This document shows positions 1-10,024 of a stretch of 64,000 nucleotides of DNA, piece after piece. The notes beneath the pieces were generated by a model. The model saw only the letters and a list, made by a program, of their open reading frames with translations. It was not told the DNA's origin and searched no databases. The DNA comes from Candidatus Eiseniibacteriota bacterium (GTDB taxonomy: Bacteria; Eisenbacteria; RBG-16-71-46; CAZAMP01): the NCBI GenBank assembly GCA_965224245.1, contig OZ245046.1:5376001-5440000 (forward strand), read 5' to 3'. How positions within the stretch are numbered: position 1 is the first letter of the stretch; every line of letters starts with the position of its first letter. A program made the translations under genes and the position numbers.

Positions 1-456
1 CGCCGCGCGCGTCTTTCCGCCGACGCGAAATCCGTACGAGTCCTCGAACTCGACCGTGATCGTCAGACTCGTGGTGTCGTCGTCCGCGTCGCATCGAAAG
101 CGGGTACAGACGCGGTCCACGAGGTTGATTCCGTCTTCCTGAAGCCGGTACTGACCCCCGACGAGCGCCGCCCGGTAGGTGTGGACCAGCGCGCCGGTCT
201 CGTCGTAGGTGCTGAACTCGGTGGAGTCGACGACGGCGATCGTCCTGGCCGCCCGGATCGATCTGGCCATCCACTCGAGAGCCTCGGTCGTGTTCTGCTG
301 GAGAACCGCCTTGTCGTGTCCGGAGCGCCAGGACGACTGGCTGGACAGAACGATCCGGCCCAGCACCAGGACGACGAAGAGTCCGATCACCAGCGCGACG
401 GTCAGCTCCACGAGCGTGTAGCCGCGGTGGGCGCGACGGGGCGCCGGCGTCGTCAT
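1..456 (-). CDS. Type IV minor pilin / prepilin-cleavage protein (PilW-like), runs off the left edge
   Basis: Not in the ORF track. Manual translation from ATG at 456 gives MTTPAPRRAHRG|YTLVELTVALVIGLFVVLVLGRI, a class III signal peptide with E5. ATGA overlap with the upstream gene stop. Confidence 0.85.
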   Translation of the reverse strand, partial: MTTPAPRRAHRGYTLVELTVALVIGLFVVLVLGRIVLSSQSSWRSGHDKAVLQQNTTEALEWMARSIRAARTIAVVDSTEFSTYDETGALVHTYRAALVGGQYRLQEDGINLVDRVCTRFRCDADDDTTSLTITVEFEDSYGFRVGGKTRAA

Positions 457-869
457 GGCATTCCTCGCGCCAGGATCGTCGTGGTCGACAGGTCCCGGGT
501 GATGCTCGAGCCACCGACCAGGGCGCTCCAGCTGACGGTCACCCCGACCGTGGTGGTCTGATCTTCCGGAGTGCCGGCGGTCACCTCGTGGGAGACGACG
601 TACGGTCGGTTGTCGACCACCAGGGTGGTGTCGGTTCCGTCCAGCAGCGGAAGGTCGTCATAGCGGAAGTCTCGCCGGATCCCGTCCAGACGAGCCTGAG
701 CGACCTCGGTGGCCTTCCGCCGATCCTCCTCGTAGCCCAGCTGTCGCCGTCCACGGCTGTAGATCTGGGCCAGCCCGAAGAAGACGATGAGAAGCAGCAC
801 GGCCGCGATGAGAATCTCGAACAGCGTGAAGCCGCCGTCCGATCGCCGACGCGGGGAACTTCGCCTCAT
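453..869 (-). CDS. Type IV minor pilin (PilV-like)
   Basis: MRRSSPRRRSDGG|FTLFEILIAAVLLLIVFFGL prepilin motif; start re-placed at ATG 869 within ORF 453..1154; pil operon context. Confidence 0.85.
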   Translation of the reverse strand: MRRSSPRRRSDGGFTLFEILIAAVLLLIVFFGLAQIYSRGRRQLGYEEDRRKATEVAQARLDGIRRDFRYDDLPLLDGTDTTLVVDNRPYVVSHEVTAGTPEDQTTTVGVTVSWSALVGGSSITRDLSTTTILARGMP

Positions 870-940
870 CTGACCGCTCGCTTCCGATGAACGTGAGGCA
901 CCGGGGCGAGGGTTCCCCCGCCCCAGGGCACCTCGACTCA

Positions 941-1375
941 CTACAGTCCGGTCACGACCGGTGCCTGTCCGTTCGAGTTGATGTTGGGTATCGTCACCAC
1001 CAGCGTGACACCCTCCATCTTTCCGCCCGGGATGCCGGTCGCCGTGATCACGAGCGCGGTCGATGTCGCGTCGGCGCCGCCGCCGCCGGTGATCGCGTAG
1101 TTGAACTCCGCGCTCGGGTTCAGGTCCACGATTCCACCCGCGCCCGCGGGCCACGTGGGATTGCCGGCCGCGTCCTGGTTCTCCTGCGCCCAGGCCTTCG
1201 ACGCGGTGACGATCTCGCCGATGCGTCCCGTGGCCTCGGAGATGCGCGCGTTCTTGATGTACTTGCCGTAGATCGGGATCGCGATGGCGGCGAGGATGCC
1301 GACGACCACGACCACGACCATGAGCTCGATCATGGTGAAGCCCTTCCGACCGGGCCTGCGACGGTAACGGAGCAT
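941..1375 (-). CDS. pilA: Type IVa pilin, probable major pilin
   Basis: MLRYRRRPGRKG|FTMIELMVVVVVVGILAAIAIPIY; AGGAGG RBS upstream of ATG 1375. Confidence 0.85.
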   Translation of the reverse strand: MLRYRRRPGRKGFTMIELMVVVVVVGILAAIAIPIYGKYIKNARISEATGRIGEIVTASKAWAQENQDAAGNPTWPAGAGGIVDLNPSAEFNYAITGGGGADATSTALVITATGIPGGKMEGVTLVVTIPNINSNGQAPVVTGL

Positions 1376-1463
1376 GTCAAGACCTCCTGTTGCCCGAGTA
1401 GTCGGGCGCCCTGTTTCCAGTCGTTGCGGCATCGAATCGTGCGCCGCGCTCGCCTGCAAAACG

Positions 1464-2708
1464 CTAGTAGTTGTATCCACCCTTCATGATTGCGTCGCCG
1501 AGCTGGAAGATCGGCAGGAACATTGCGACCACGATGATTCCGATCAGACCACCCACGAGGATGATCATGAGCGGCTCGATGAGCGACGAGATGGAGTGCA
1601 CGGAGGCTTCCACCTGCCGGTCGTAGAAGTCCGACGATTTGATCAACATCGCATCGAGGTTGCCGGCGTCCTCGCCGGTCGCCATCAGCTGAAGCGTCAT
1701 CTCCGGGAACGCGCCGGAAGCGCGAAACGACTCGGTGATGCCTCGACCGGACGCGATGCGCTCCTTCGCGTCGCCGATCGCCCGGGCGACGACGGAGTTG
1801 CCGGCCGCTCCCTTGACCAGCTCGAGGGCCTCCAGGATGGGGAGGCCACTGGCCAGCAGAATGCCGAACGTCCGGGCGAACCGGCTCATGACCGACTTGC
1901 GGACGATCGGTCCGAAGATCGGGAGCCTCAGGAGAGCCGCGTCCATGGCGTACCGCCCCCCACGCGTCCGGATCAGGAGTCCGAACACCAGGACGATCCC
2001 GACCGCCGCCGCGATGGACAGAAGCGCGTTCGACCGGATGAAGTTGGAGGCGACCACGATCTTCTGCGTCAGCAGCGGCAGCTCCTGTCCGAAGTCGGCG
2101 TAGATGTCCGCGAACGTGGGGACGATCTTGAGCAGGAGGAAGAGCGTGACGAGGATCGCGAAGCCGAGGACCATCACCGGGTACGCGAGCGCGGCACGGA
2201 CCTTGGTACGGATCGCGTCGACCTTCTCCAGGTAGACGGCCAGCTGATCGACGATCTGCTCCATCGTCCCCGCCCGCTCGCCGGCGCGGATCATGCTCAG
2301 GTACATGCGGCCGAACGCTTCCGGATGGCTGCCCATCGCGTCCGACAGGCTCTCGCCGCGCTCGATCCGGAGCGCGATGTCGTCGAGTGCCCGCGCGAGC
2401 ACGGGGCTGGTGGTGTCGCCGGCGAGTCCACGCAGCCCGCGCACGAGCGGCAGCCCGGCCTCCAGGACCGTGGCGAACTGCCGGCTGAACAGCGCCAGCT
2501 CGCGCGTACCAACCCGGCCGAACGAGATTCCGGCCAGCCGCTTCTGCCAGGTCTGCTGCGATCGACCGCCCGTGTCCTCGGCGAGATGCAGGACCGCCAG
2601 ACCCTGCGCGTGCAGCTGGCTCACGGCGTCGTCGATGGTGTTCCCCTGAAGGAACCCGCTGACTTCCTCGCCCTGCTGACTGCGTGCTACGTAGGCAAAA
2701 CTACCCAT
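1464..2708 (-). CDS. pilC: Type IV pilus platform protein (T2SS F family)
   Basis: Two GspF repeats (FSRQFATVLEAGLPL; FARTFGILLASGLPI), GERAG, ALAYP, C-terminal AMFLPIF. Confidence 0.95.
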   Translation of the reverse strand: MGSFAYVARSQQGEEVSGFLQGNTIDDAVSQLHAQGLAVLHLAEDTGGRSQQTWQKRLAGISFGRVGTRELALFSRQFATVLEAGLPLVRGLRGLAGDTTSPVLARALDDIALRIERGESLSDAMGSHPEAFGRMYLSMIRAGERAGTMEQIVDQLAVYLEKVDAIRTKVRAALAYPVMVLGFAILVTLFLLLKIVPTFADIYADFGQELPLLTQKIVVASNFIRSNALLSIAAAVGIVLVFGLLIRTRGGRYAMDAALLRLPIFGPIVRKSVMSRFARTFGILLASGLPILEALELVKGAAGNSVVARAIGDAKERIASGRGITESFRASGAFPEMTLQLMATGEDAGNLDAMLIKSSDFYDRQVEASVHSISSLIEPLMIILVGGLIGIIVVAMFLPIFQLGDAIMKGGYNY

Positions 2709-2736
2709 CGGATCCTCGTCGTTTCCGCGTTTCCGA

Positions 2737-4557
2737 TCAGTCGTCGCTCGAGCAGACGCGCACGACCTCTTCCAGCGTGGTCGTGCCCTCTCGAACCTTC
2801 TCGAGCCCGGCGTTGCGAAGGGTCGTCATTCCCTGCTGAAGGGCCAGCTCCCGGATCTCACCCGCCGGCCGTCCGTCGGCGATGAGCTGTCGCAGCCCCG
2901 GTGTCATCGTCATCCGTTCGATGATCGCGATCCGCCCCCGGTAGCCGCGTCCCTTGCAGGCGGCGCAGCCCTTGCCCCGGAGAAACCGCATGGGTTCACC
3001 GTTCGACGTGATCAGCTCGTGATCGCGAACGGCGAACCGCATCTCCTCGCTCGGCTCGTACTCCTCCAGGCAGTGCTCACAGCTTCGCCGGATGAGCCGC
3101 TGCGCCGCGACCATCGTGAGGGCGCTGGCGGCCATGAACGGCTCGATGCCCATCGAGACGAGACGCGTCGCCGTCGTGGGTGCGTCGTTCGCGTGAATCG
3201 TGCTGAAGACCATGTGCCCGGTCAGCGCCGCGCGAATGGCGATGTCGGCCGTCTCCTGGTCGCGGATCTCACCGACCATGATCACGTCGGGATCCTGACG
3301 GAGGAACGAGCGGAGCGCCGTGGCGAACGTGAGGCCCTTGCGCACGTTGACGGGCACCTGGTTGATGCGCGAGATCTGGTACTCGACGGGATCCTCGACG
3401 GTCGTGATGTTGATCGCGTCGCTACGAAGCTCGAGCAAGCTGGCGTACAGCGTCGTGGTCTTGCCGGACCCCGTGGGGCCGGAGAGAAGCACCATCCCGT
3501 ACGGATGGTGAATCGCGTCCACGAACGCGCGGTGATCGGCCTCCGAGAAGCCGAGATCCCGCAGCGAGAAGCTGAAGTTGGTCTTGTCGAGAAGACGCAG
3601 CACGAGCTTCTGCCCGTGGAGGGTCGGGATCGCCGAGACGCGGATGTCGACCTCGCGACCGCGGCTCCGGTGCGTGAACCGACCGTCCTGAGCCATGCGT
3701 CGCTCGGCGATGTCCATGTCGGCGAGGATCTTGATGCGGCTGGCGGCGCCGGTGTAGACGGCCTTCGGCGGCGTCAGCGCGTCGTAGAGGAGCCCGTCCA
3801 CCCGGTATCGGATGACCAGCTCGTGCTCCTGTGGCTCGACGTGGATGTCCGTTGCGCGTTCCTGGAGGGCCTGCGTGATGATCTGATCCACGAGGTGGAT
3901 GACGCCCGCGTCCTGTGCGTGGCGCTGGGCTTCGTCCTCGTCCGGCTCGTCGCCGATGCTGACGATCTCGATCTCGTCGATCACCTCGTCGATCAGCCGG
4001 GTCACCGTGCGGGAGCTCTCGATGAGGGCGTACTTGCTCTCGCGTGCCTCGTCGAGCACGTGGGCCGGCGCGATCAGGATCTCGAGCCCGAGGTCGGCTC
4101 GCGTCGCGACGCGCTGAAGGTGGTCGAGCGTCTCCACGTCGAGGGGGTCTTGCATCGCCACCGTGAGCGTGCCGTCGTCGACGCGTACGGGGAGCAGCCC
4201 GTGGCGTCGAGCCACGTCGAGCGAGATCAGCTCCAGCGCAGCGGGCTGAACCTCGTCCTGCGCGGGATCGAACAGCCGGTGGCCGAGCTGCTGCGAGAGC
4301 ACCTCGAGCACGTCGTGTTCGGAGATGTATCCCTGGCGCTTGAGGATCTCGCCGACGCGCTCACGCGTTCCGGATTGCTCCGAGAGCGCATCCTCGAGCT
4401 GCGAGGCCGAGATGCGTCCGCGCGTGACGAGCAGCTTTCCGATTGGGCTGAGCTTCGACACCTGTCCTTCCACCCCGACCACGACGTCGGCGGCGGGCGC
4501 CGACGCTTCGAGCCGGTTCTCGGGTGAGCCAACGTCCGATTTGCCGCTATCGCCCAC
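2737..4557 (-). CDS. pilB: Type IV pilus assembly ATPase (GspE/PilB) with N-terminal MshEN-like domain
   Basis: Walker A GPTGSGKTTT, TVEDPVE, LRQDPDVIMVGEIRD, Zn CxxC pairs (CEHC, CAAC). Confidence 0.95.
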   Translation of the reverse strand: MGDSGKSDVGSPENRLEASAPAADVVVGVEGQVSKLSPIGKLLVTRGRISASQLEDALSEQSGTRERVGEILKRQGYISEHDVLEVLSQQLGHRLFDPAQDEVQPAALELISLDVARRHGLLPVRVDDGTLTVAMQDPLDVETLDHLQRVATRADLGLEILIAPAHVLDEARESKYALIESSRTVTRLIDEVIDEIEIVSIGDEPDEDEAQRHAQDAGVIHLVDQIITQALQERATDIHVEPQEHELVIRYRVDGLLYDALTPPKAVYTGAASRIKILADMDIAERRMAQDGRFTHRSRGREVDIRVSAIPTLHGQKLVLRLLDKTNFSFSLRDLGFSEADHRAFVDAIHHPYGMVLLSGPTGSGKTTTLYASLLELRSDAINITTVEDPVEYQISRINQVPVNVRKGLTFATALRSFLRQDPDVIMVGEIRDQETADIAIRAALTGHMVFSTIHANDAPTTATRLVSMGIEPFMAASALTMVAAQRLIRRSCEHCLEEYEPSEEMRFAVRDHELITSNGEPMRFLRGKGCAACKGRGYRGRIAIIERMTMTPGLRQLIADGRPAGEIRELALQQGMTTLRNAGLEKVREGTTTLEEVVRVCSSDD

Positions 4558-4854
4558 CCATCGCCACGTGATGCGGCGTGAAGGGACGACGGACGAACTC
4601 CACCAAGTTGAAGATCGTGCACTTCGTCGCGGTTCTAGAGCTTCGATGGTGAAATCAGCCGGAGTCGCCCGTCACGCCCCGGGGGATGGGCCGGTCTCCG
4701 CCGGGGGGCGGGTGCGGCCGGTCGCCATGGATGGGGCAACGGCGTGCACAAGGCACTGATCGAACGGAAGTTGGCGGTGTCGGTCATCCGAGGCGGGCCG
4801 AACGGTCGAGATGAGCCGTCTCGATCCGATCGGCGGTTCGGAATCCGACGTGGG

Positions 4855-6084
4855 CTACCGGTTCCCGTTCGCCATCCTCGAGGACTCGGGGTCGCGTCTG
4901 AGCCGCGCCATGCCCACGATCCCGATGATCGGTCCGATCGCGAGCATCGGAAACACCCACGACCAGCCGACGCGATCCACGAGCGTCGGCACGACGTTGA
5001 TCGTGACCATCGTCAACAGGAACCCGAGGCTCGTCTGGAGGGTCAGCGCCGTCCCCACGTACCGCGGGTCGGCCAGCTCACTGACCGCGGCGCTGAACTG
5101 TCCGCTGTCGGCGACCACGGCGATGCCCCACACGATGCAGAGGACGGTGAGCGCGATCGGTGACGAGAAGAGCGCGCCCACGAGCAACGCACACGTCCCC
5201 GATATGGCCAGGCTGGCGATCGTCGTCGTCGTGCGTCCGATGCGGTCGGCGAGCCACCCTGCCACGACGCACCCGATACCGCCGGACGCGATCGTGGCGA
5301 AGCCGGCCAGACGCGCGGCCGTCAGGCCGAGCCCGCGGGCATCGTAGCTGGCGATCAGGAAGATCGGCGTCCACGTCCACATCGCGTAGAGCTCCCACAT
5401 GTGCCCGAGGTACCCGATGTTGGCCAGTCGCGTGGGCCGATGGGAGAACGCCCGCGTGGCGTACCGCCAGTCGAACGGCGCGGACGTCCCGAGGTGCGGT
5501 CCCGCGCGCACGAGCACCAGCACGATCAGGCCGCCCGCGGCGGCCAGCGCCGACGACGTCCGGAGCACCAGCGGCCAGGGCGGGATGCCGGCCGCTCCGA
5601 GAACGGGCACCGCGTTCAGGAAGTGGGGCAGAGCGCTCCCGACGGCGAGCGCCCCGATCAGGATGCCGATGCCGAAGCCGCGATCGTCCCGACACCACGA
5701 CGCGATCAGCTTCATGCCCGGCGGATAGACGCCGGCCAGCGTCACGCCCGTGACGAAACGCAGCACCATCACCGCCCCGAGCGACGCGTCGGACACGGTG
5801 ATCGCCGCGTTGGCGCCCGCACCGACGAGGGCGGAGACGCCGATCAGCCGCGTGGGAGGGATGCGATCGGCGAGGTTCAGGACCGCACTGACGAGCGCGC
5901 CGCACACGAACCCGAGCTGCACCGTCATCGTCAGCCACGAGGCTTGTCCCGGCGAGAGCTGCCAGGCGTCGCGGAGCTGCGGCACCACCGCCGATGCCGA
6001 GAACCAGAGCCCCATGGCCAGGAGCTCGGCCAGGGCCAGGAATCCGACGTTCAGCCACTTGGCGTTGGAGGCGAAGCGCGACAT
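4855..6084 (-). CDS. MFS transporter
   Basis: About 12 hydrophobic segments; motif-A-like LADRIP and GWLADRIGR. Confidence 0.9.
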   Translation of the reverse strand: MSRFASNAKWLNVGFLALAELLAMGLWFSASAVVPQLRDAWQLSPGQASWLTMTVQLGFVCGALVSAVLNLADRIPPTRLIGVSALVGAGANAAITVSDASLGAVMVLRFVTGVTLAGVYPPGMKLIASWCRDDRGFGIGILIGALAVGSALPHFLNAVPVLGAAGIPPWPLVLRTSSALAAAGGLIVLVLVRAGPHLGTSAPFDWRYATRAFSHRPTRLANIGYLGHMWELYAMWTWTPIFLIASYDARGLGLTAARLAGFATIASGGIGCVVAGWLADRIGRTTTTIASLAISGTCALLVGALFSSPIALTVLCIVWGIAVVADSGQFSAAVSELADPRYVGTALTLQTSLGFLLTMVTINVVPTLVDRVGWSWVFPMLAIGPIIGIVGMARLRRDPESSRMANGNR

Positions 6085-6217
6085 GCGCGCGAGAGTACAT
6101 CTCTCGAGCGGTTTCTGGACGTGGAAATTCGACCGAGGCGCAGCCGATCACCGTGGGCGGCGATGCCGACTCTCGCGGGCATGCGCACCACGTCCCCGAC
6201 ACCGGCCGTGTCGTCCG

Positions 6218-7474
6218 TCAGCCGGCGGCGCCGGCGTTCCTCCGGAGGATGTGGTCCACGAGGTGCTCCGCGTCGCCACCGACCCCGGCGACCAGACCCG
6301 AGACCCGGCGTCGCAGCCAGACGAACCCCAGGCAGTACAGTCCCGGCACGTCGCAGACGCCGTCTTCATGCCGTGGGCGTCCGCGATCGTCGAGGAGCGA
6401 CGGGTCGAGGAACCCGAGGTCGGGTCCGAAGCCGGTCGCCCAGATGACCGAGCGGATCGGGTCCCGATCGAGATCCACCGATCGCACCGCCGCCATGTCC
6501 GCGAGCCCGCCGTACGGGGCTTCTCCGGGCTCCGGCTCCGCCGGAGGCGCGTCGATGTTCGCGGACTCGATGAAGCCGTCGATCATCTTCCTCGTCCGTG
6601 CAGCCACCGCGTCGGCGTGCGCGACGTTCGTGGTCAGATCGTCTCCGATCTCGAGCGTGCGACCGCTGGCACCGGTCATGCGCCCGAGCAACCGCACGCC
6701 GTCGCGCGCGAGCTGCTGAAGGCTCACCGTGTGGCCTCCGTGGGTTCCGGACGTCTGGGGCTGCGGTGCGTGGACATCGGCGGGGTTCTCCAGGTCGGCG
6801 GGGCGCTGCTCGCCCAAGCGGGCCATGATCATCCACTCGAACACGTCCTTGCCCCGGTACCGGCGTGGCATCCGTCCCACCGCGCTCGTGCACAGATACA
6901 CGGTGCGACCCGCCTCGACGAGATCCTCGGCGATCTGGACGCCGCTCTGGGCGGAGCCGACGACGAGCACGGCGCCGTCGGGCAACCGATCGGACGACCG
7001 GTACTCCCCGGCGTGGAGCTGCGCGACGTCGTCGGGTAGCGAGGCCGCCACCGGGGGACGCCGGGGCGCGTTCTGGTCGCCGCAGCACAGCACGACGTTG
7101 TGCGCACGCCACGATCCGCGCTCGGTCTCCACGTCGAGCTCGCCGCCCCGGATCGCGACACGCGTGACGCGTACGCCCTCCTCGACCGGAAGCGAGTGAC
7201 GCTTCGCGTACGCCTCGAAGTAGCTCACCAGCGATGGAGCCGAGGAGAACCCGAGCGGCTCGTTTCCGTCGTACCGATCACCGGGCAGGAGGTTGAACGC
7301 GTTCGGGGTGTTCAGGCGAAACGACTCCCATCGCTGGGCACGCCAGCTCTGGCCCAGGCGCTCTCGCTCGAGAACGGCGTGGTCGACGTCGGCTTTCTGA
7401 AGGCAGCGGCTCATGGCCAGCCCCGCCTGTCCGGCTCCGATGACCACGGTGTTCGTCGTGCGGGTCTCGGCCAT
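6218..7474 (-). CDS. Flavin-dependent oxidoreductase/monooxygenase (CzcO/FMO-like)
   Basis: FAD motif VIGAGQAGLA, QLHAGEYR, NADPH motif VVGSAQSGVQIAEDL, WATGF; start at ATG 7474 after GGAG. Confidence 0.85.
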   Translation of the reverse strand: MAETRTTNTVVIGAGQAGLAMSRCLQKADVDHAVLERERLGQSWRAQRWESFRLNTPNAFNLLPGDRYDGNEPLGFSSAPSLVSYFEAYAKRHSLPVEEGVRVTRVAIRGGELDVETERGSWRAHNVVLCCGDQNAPRRPPVAASLPDDVAQLHAGEYRSSDRLPDGAVLVVGSAQSGVQIAEDLVEAGRTVYLCTSAVGRMPRRYRGKDVFEWMIMARLGEQRPADLENPADVHAPQPQTSGTHGGHTVSLQQLARDGVRLLGRMTGASGRTLEIGDDLTTNVAHADAVAARTRKMIDGFIESANIDAPPAEPEPGEAPYGGLADMAAVRSVDLDRDPIRSVIWATGFGPDLGFLDPSLLDDRGRPRHEDGVCDVPGLYCLGFVWLRRRVSGLVAGVGGDAEHLVDHILRRNAGAAG

Positions 7475-7600
7475 GGACAGCTCCTTCACCGGAGGATCGT
7501 GGATGACGTGCGGCACGTCGAGACGGCACGTGATGCGTGCGTGTGCGGGACCTCGAGACGACACAGTGAACCACGCGAGAGCCGCCGCGTCACGTCGCCG

Positions 7601-9580
7601 CTACTCGTACAGCCAGTCTGCGATCGCTCGCATGAGGTCGCGGAGCTCGTCCGGCTGCGTCTCGGCGATGCGCCAGAGCTCGGTGCCGATCCAGACGATC
7701 TTGCCGCTGGCCGAGCCGGTCACCGGCAGCACGCGCACCGCGACCGGCTGACCCTGGAACGGGGAGCCGAACGGCGTTCCGCAGACCGAGGCGGGATCGT
7801 CGGCCCACGCCCAGGAGTTCGAGACGTGCGTGTACAGGGGCTCGACGTACGGGTCGTCCAGCGGCGGGTCGCCGACCGGGCCCTCGGCGTGCGATCCGAG
7901 CGGGTTGTGGTAGCCCTCGGTCCACGACTCCTTCCAGATCGCGGCCTGCGCGGGGTCGTAGCCGGTCGGGTCGAGAGCCCCCTCGGGGAAGCCGAGCGAG
8001 AGGGCGGCACCGGTCGCCTCCAGACCGACGATCCCGGCGCACGGGAAGCCGAGCGCCGGCGCGGTGCCGCGAGCCACCCGATCCAGCTTCACGCGCAGCC
8101 GGAGGTGATCCCAGACGAACGTGCCCGGTCCGAAGTTGGGGTCGGCGAACGGGGGCAGGTCCGGAATGTACGCGGAGGACGACGGGTAGAAGTCGCCGAG
8201 CATGGCGCCGATGGTGTTGCGGCCCCAGACGACCAGGTTGCCGCCGCCGCGCACGTAGATGCTCAGCCAGTCTCCGTGCTCGGCGAACGGGCTCGGATCG
8301 GTGAACCGTCCCATCAACGAGCCGCTCCCGCCGGCCGCCACGTTCCAGAACAGCGTCCGGAAGCGCGCGAGGAGACTCAGCTCGACATCGTGAAGCGCGG
8401 ACAGCTCGATGCATTCGTCCGGCGTGACGTGGGCGTCCAGCAGTGCGAGCTCGTCGCCGTCGAGGTACGGCTCCACGGCGTAGGCGATGAGGTCGCGGAG
8501 AACGGCGTCCTGGTCGCAGTCCCGCACGCCCGCGGCGACGTAGTCGTCGACGAGAAGCGCGGGGCGATCGAACGGAAGTGCGATGATCTCCAGCGTGAGC
8601 ACGAGCTCGCTCTGGTGGGCCTCGTCGTCGCGCTCGTCCCGTCCTTGCAGCGTGACGACGACCTCGTTCCCGACGGCGGACTCGGGGATGTCGAAGTCGA
8701 TCTCCTGCGGGTCGCCCCACTCGGACCACTCTCCGTCGCACCCGTCGCACGCGATGCGAATGCGTGATGGTCCCGGATCGTAGCCGTACCAGTCGGCGTC
8801 GATCTGCCAGGTGAACGTCAGCGGAAGACCCTCGGGTATCTCGATCCTGTACGACGTCGAGCCGGGACCTCCTTCGAGGGTGCCGTACCCGTTGTCGAGC
8901 AGGATGTACGGTGCGGCAGGGAGGCTCGGAACGACGCCGAGCCGGGTCACGTTGCCTTCGACCCCCGCGCTCGCGATCGCGAACGCGTCGGCCGGCGTGA
9001 CGTGGCCCTTCTCGTCCACCGCCCGGACGGCGAGCGCGTAGGCGCCGGCCGGAAGATCGGTGAAGACCATCTCGCTCTCCGGGTACAGATCGTCGAGATG
9101 AGGCCACCAGTCGGTCTCGTAGTAGTGATCGTTCGACACCAGCGGTGGGAACGGCTCGCCGGGCTCGGGCTCCTCCACGGCGAAGCCACCCGGGATCAGG
9201 AGGTTCGGCCGGCGGATGTCGGAGGTTCCGCCCGGGAGTGTGTGCAGGAGGAAGCTCAGGACGAGATCGTCGGGGTGAGAGATGTCCGGGCCGATCAGCT
9301 TGAGCTGGTATCCGACGATGGGAACCTCTCCGGCGGGGACCGGGCTCCACTGCACGCGGAACGATGAGGGAACCTGCGCTCGTTCGAACTCGCCCGCCGT
9401 GGCGCGGACCGGTCGTGTGATCACGGCCGCGGGTGCGTCGACGGTGCGGTCCGGCGTGATCAGCTCGCCGAGCTCGTTCGAGACCGGAGACCCGGGCTCG
9501 TCACAGGACGTGGTCAGCGCGAGCAGCGATGCGGCGGCGAGGATCGGTCCACCGCCGGCGAGCATGTGGGCGTAGCGCAT
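7601..9580 (-). CDS. Putative lipoprotein with fibronectin-III/Ig-like segments
   Basis: Lipobox-like LALTTSC; FN3-like VQWSP...GYQL and FTDLPAGAYALAVRAVD; GAGGAGG RBS before ATG 9580. Confidence 0.7.
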   Translation of the reverse strand: MRYAHMLAGGGPILAAASLLALTTSCDEPGSPVSNELGELITPDRTVDAPAAVITRPVRATAGEFERAQVPSSFRVQWSPVPAGEVPIVGYQLKLIGPDISHPDDLVLSFLLHTLPGGTSDIRRPNLLIPGGFAVEEPEPGEPFPPLVSNDHYYETDWWPHLDDLYPESEMVFTDLPAGAYALAVRAVDEKGHVTPADAFAIASAGVEGNVTRLGVVPSLPAAPYILLDNGYGTLEGGPGSTSYRIEIPEGLPLTFTWQIDADWYGYDPGPSRIRIACDGCDGEWSEWGDPQEIDFDIPESAVGNEVVVTLQGRDERDDEAHQSELVLTLEIIALPFDRPALLVDDYVAAGVRDCDQDAVLRDLIAYAVEPYLDGDELALLDAHVTPDECIELSALHDVELSLLARFRTLFWNVAAGGSGSLMGRFTDPSPFAEHGDWLSIYVRGGGNLVVWGRNTIGAMLGDFYPSSSAYIPDLPPFADPNFGPGTFVWDHLRLRVKLDRVARGTAPALGFPCAGIVGLEATGAALSLGFPEGALDPTGYDPAQAAIWKESWTEGYHNPLGSHAEGPVGDPPLDDPYVEPLYTHVSNSWAWADDPASVCGTPFGSPFQGQPVAVRVLPVTGSASGKIVWIGTELWRIAETQPDELRDLMRAIADWLYE

Positions 9581-9766
9581 CACGACCTCCTCACGCGGGA
9601 GGGTGAGGGTCCCCGGCGACATCCAGAACGCTATCGCACATCCCGTCGATGGCTCAATGTGTTTCTGCCCGCCCGCGGGTCATCGTGTAGAATCGCGCTT
9701 CGAGACGCCGCGATGGGGTGCGGCTACGGGGCCGTGGGGTCCGAGTCGGACACGAGGAGTTGCGAT

Positions 9767-9997
9767 GTGAGCCACGTCTCCCGCTGGGTCGGCACGATCA
9801 CCCTGACGACCGCGACGCTGGGCCTCGCCTCCGCCGCCGACCTCGAGATGCACGACATCGGCGGGTTCTCGGTGCTCGGCCGCACGGGGACCTACCCCGA
9901 CGGTGTCTCCGGAATCTCCATGTCCACCACCATCTGCAACGGGGGCGCCGACGCCGTCCCGTGGCAGGCGATGCCGTTCGACGATCGCGCGTCGTGA
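9767..9997 (+). pseudogene. Short, probably truncated secreted protein (76 aa)
   Basis: TAGAAT -10-like hexamer near 9688, GAGGAG RBS, GTG start, signal-peptide-like N-terminus; ends abruptly at a 16-bp direct repeat. Confidence 0.5.
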
Positions 9998-10019
9998 CGA
10001 TCAGACGATCGCGCGTCGT
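9980..10019. repeat. 16-bp direct repeat GACGATCGCGCGTCGT (9980-9995 and 10004-10019)
   Basis: Read directly; the 8-bp spacer GACGATCA repeats the start of the unit. Confidence 0.9.
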
Positions 10020-10024
10020 ACCGG

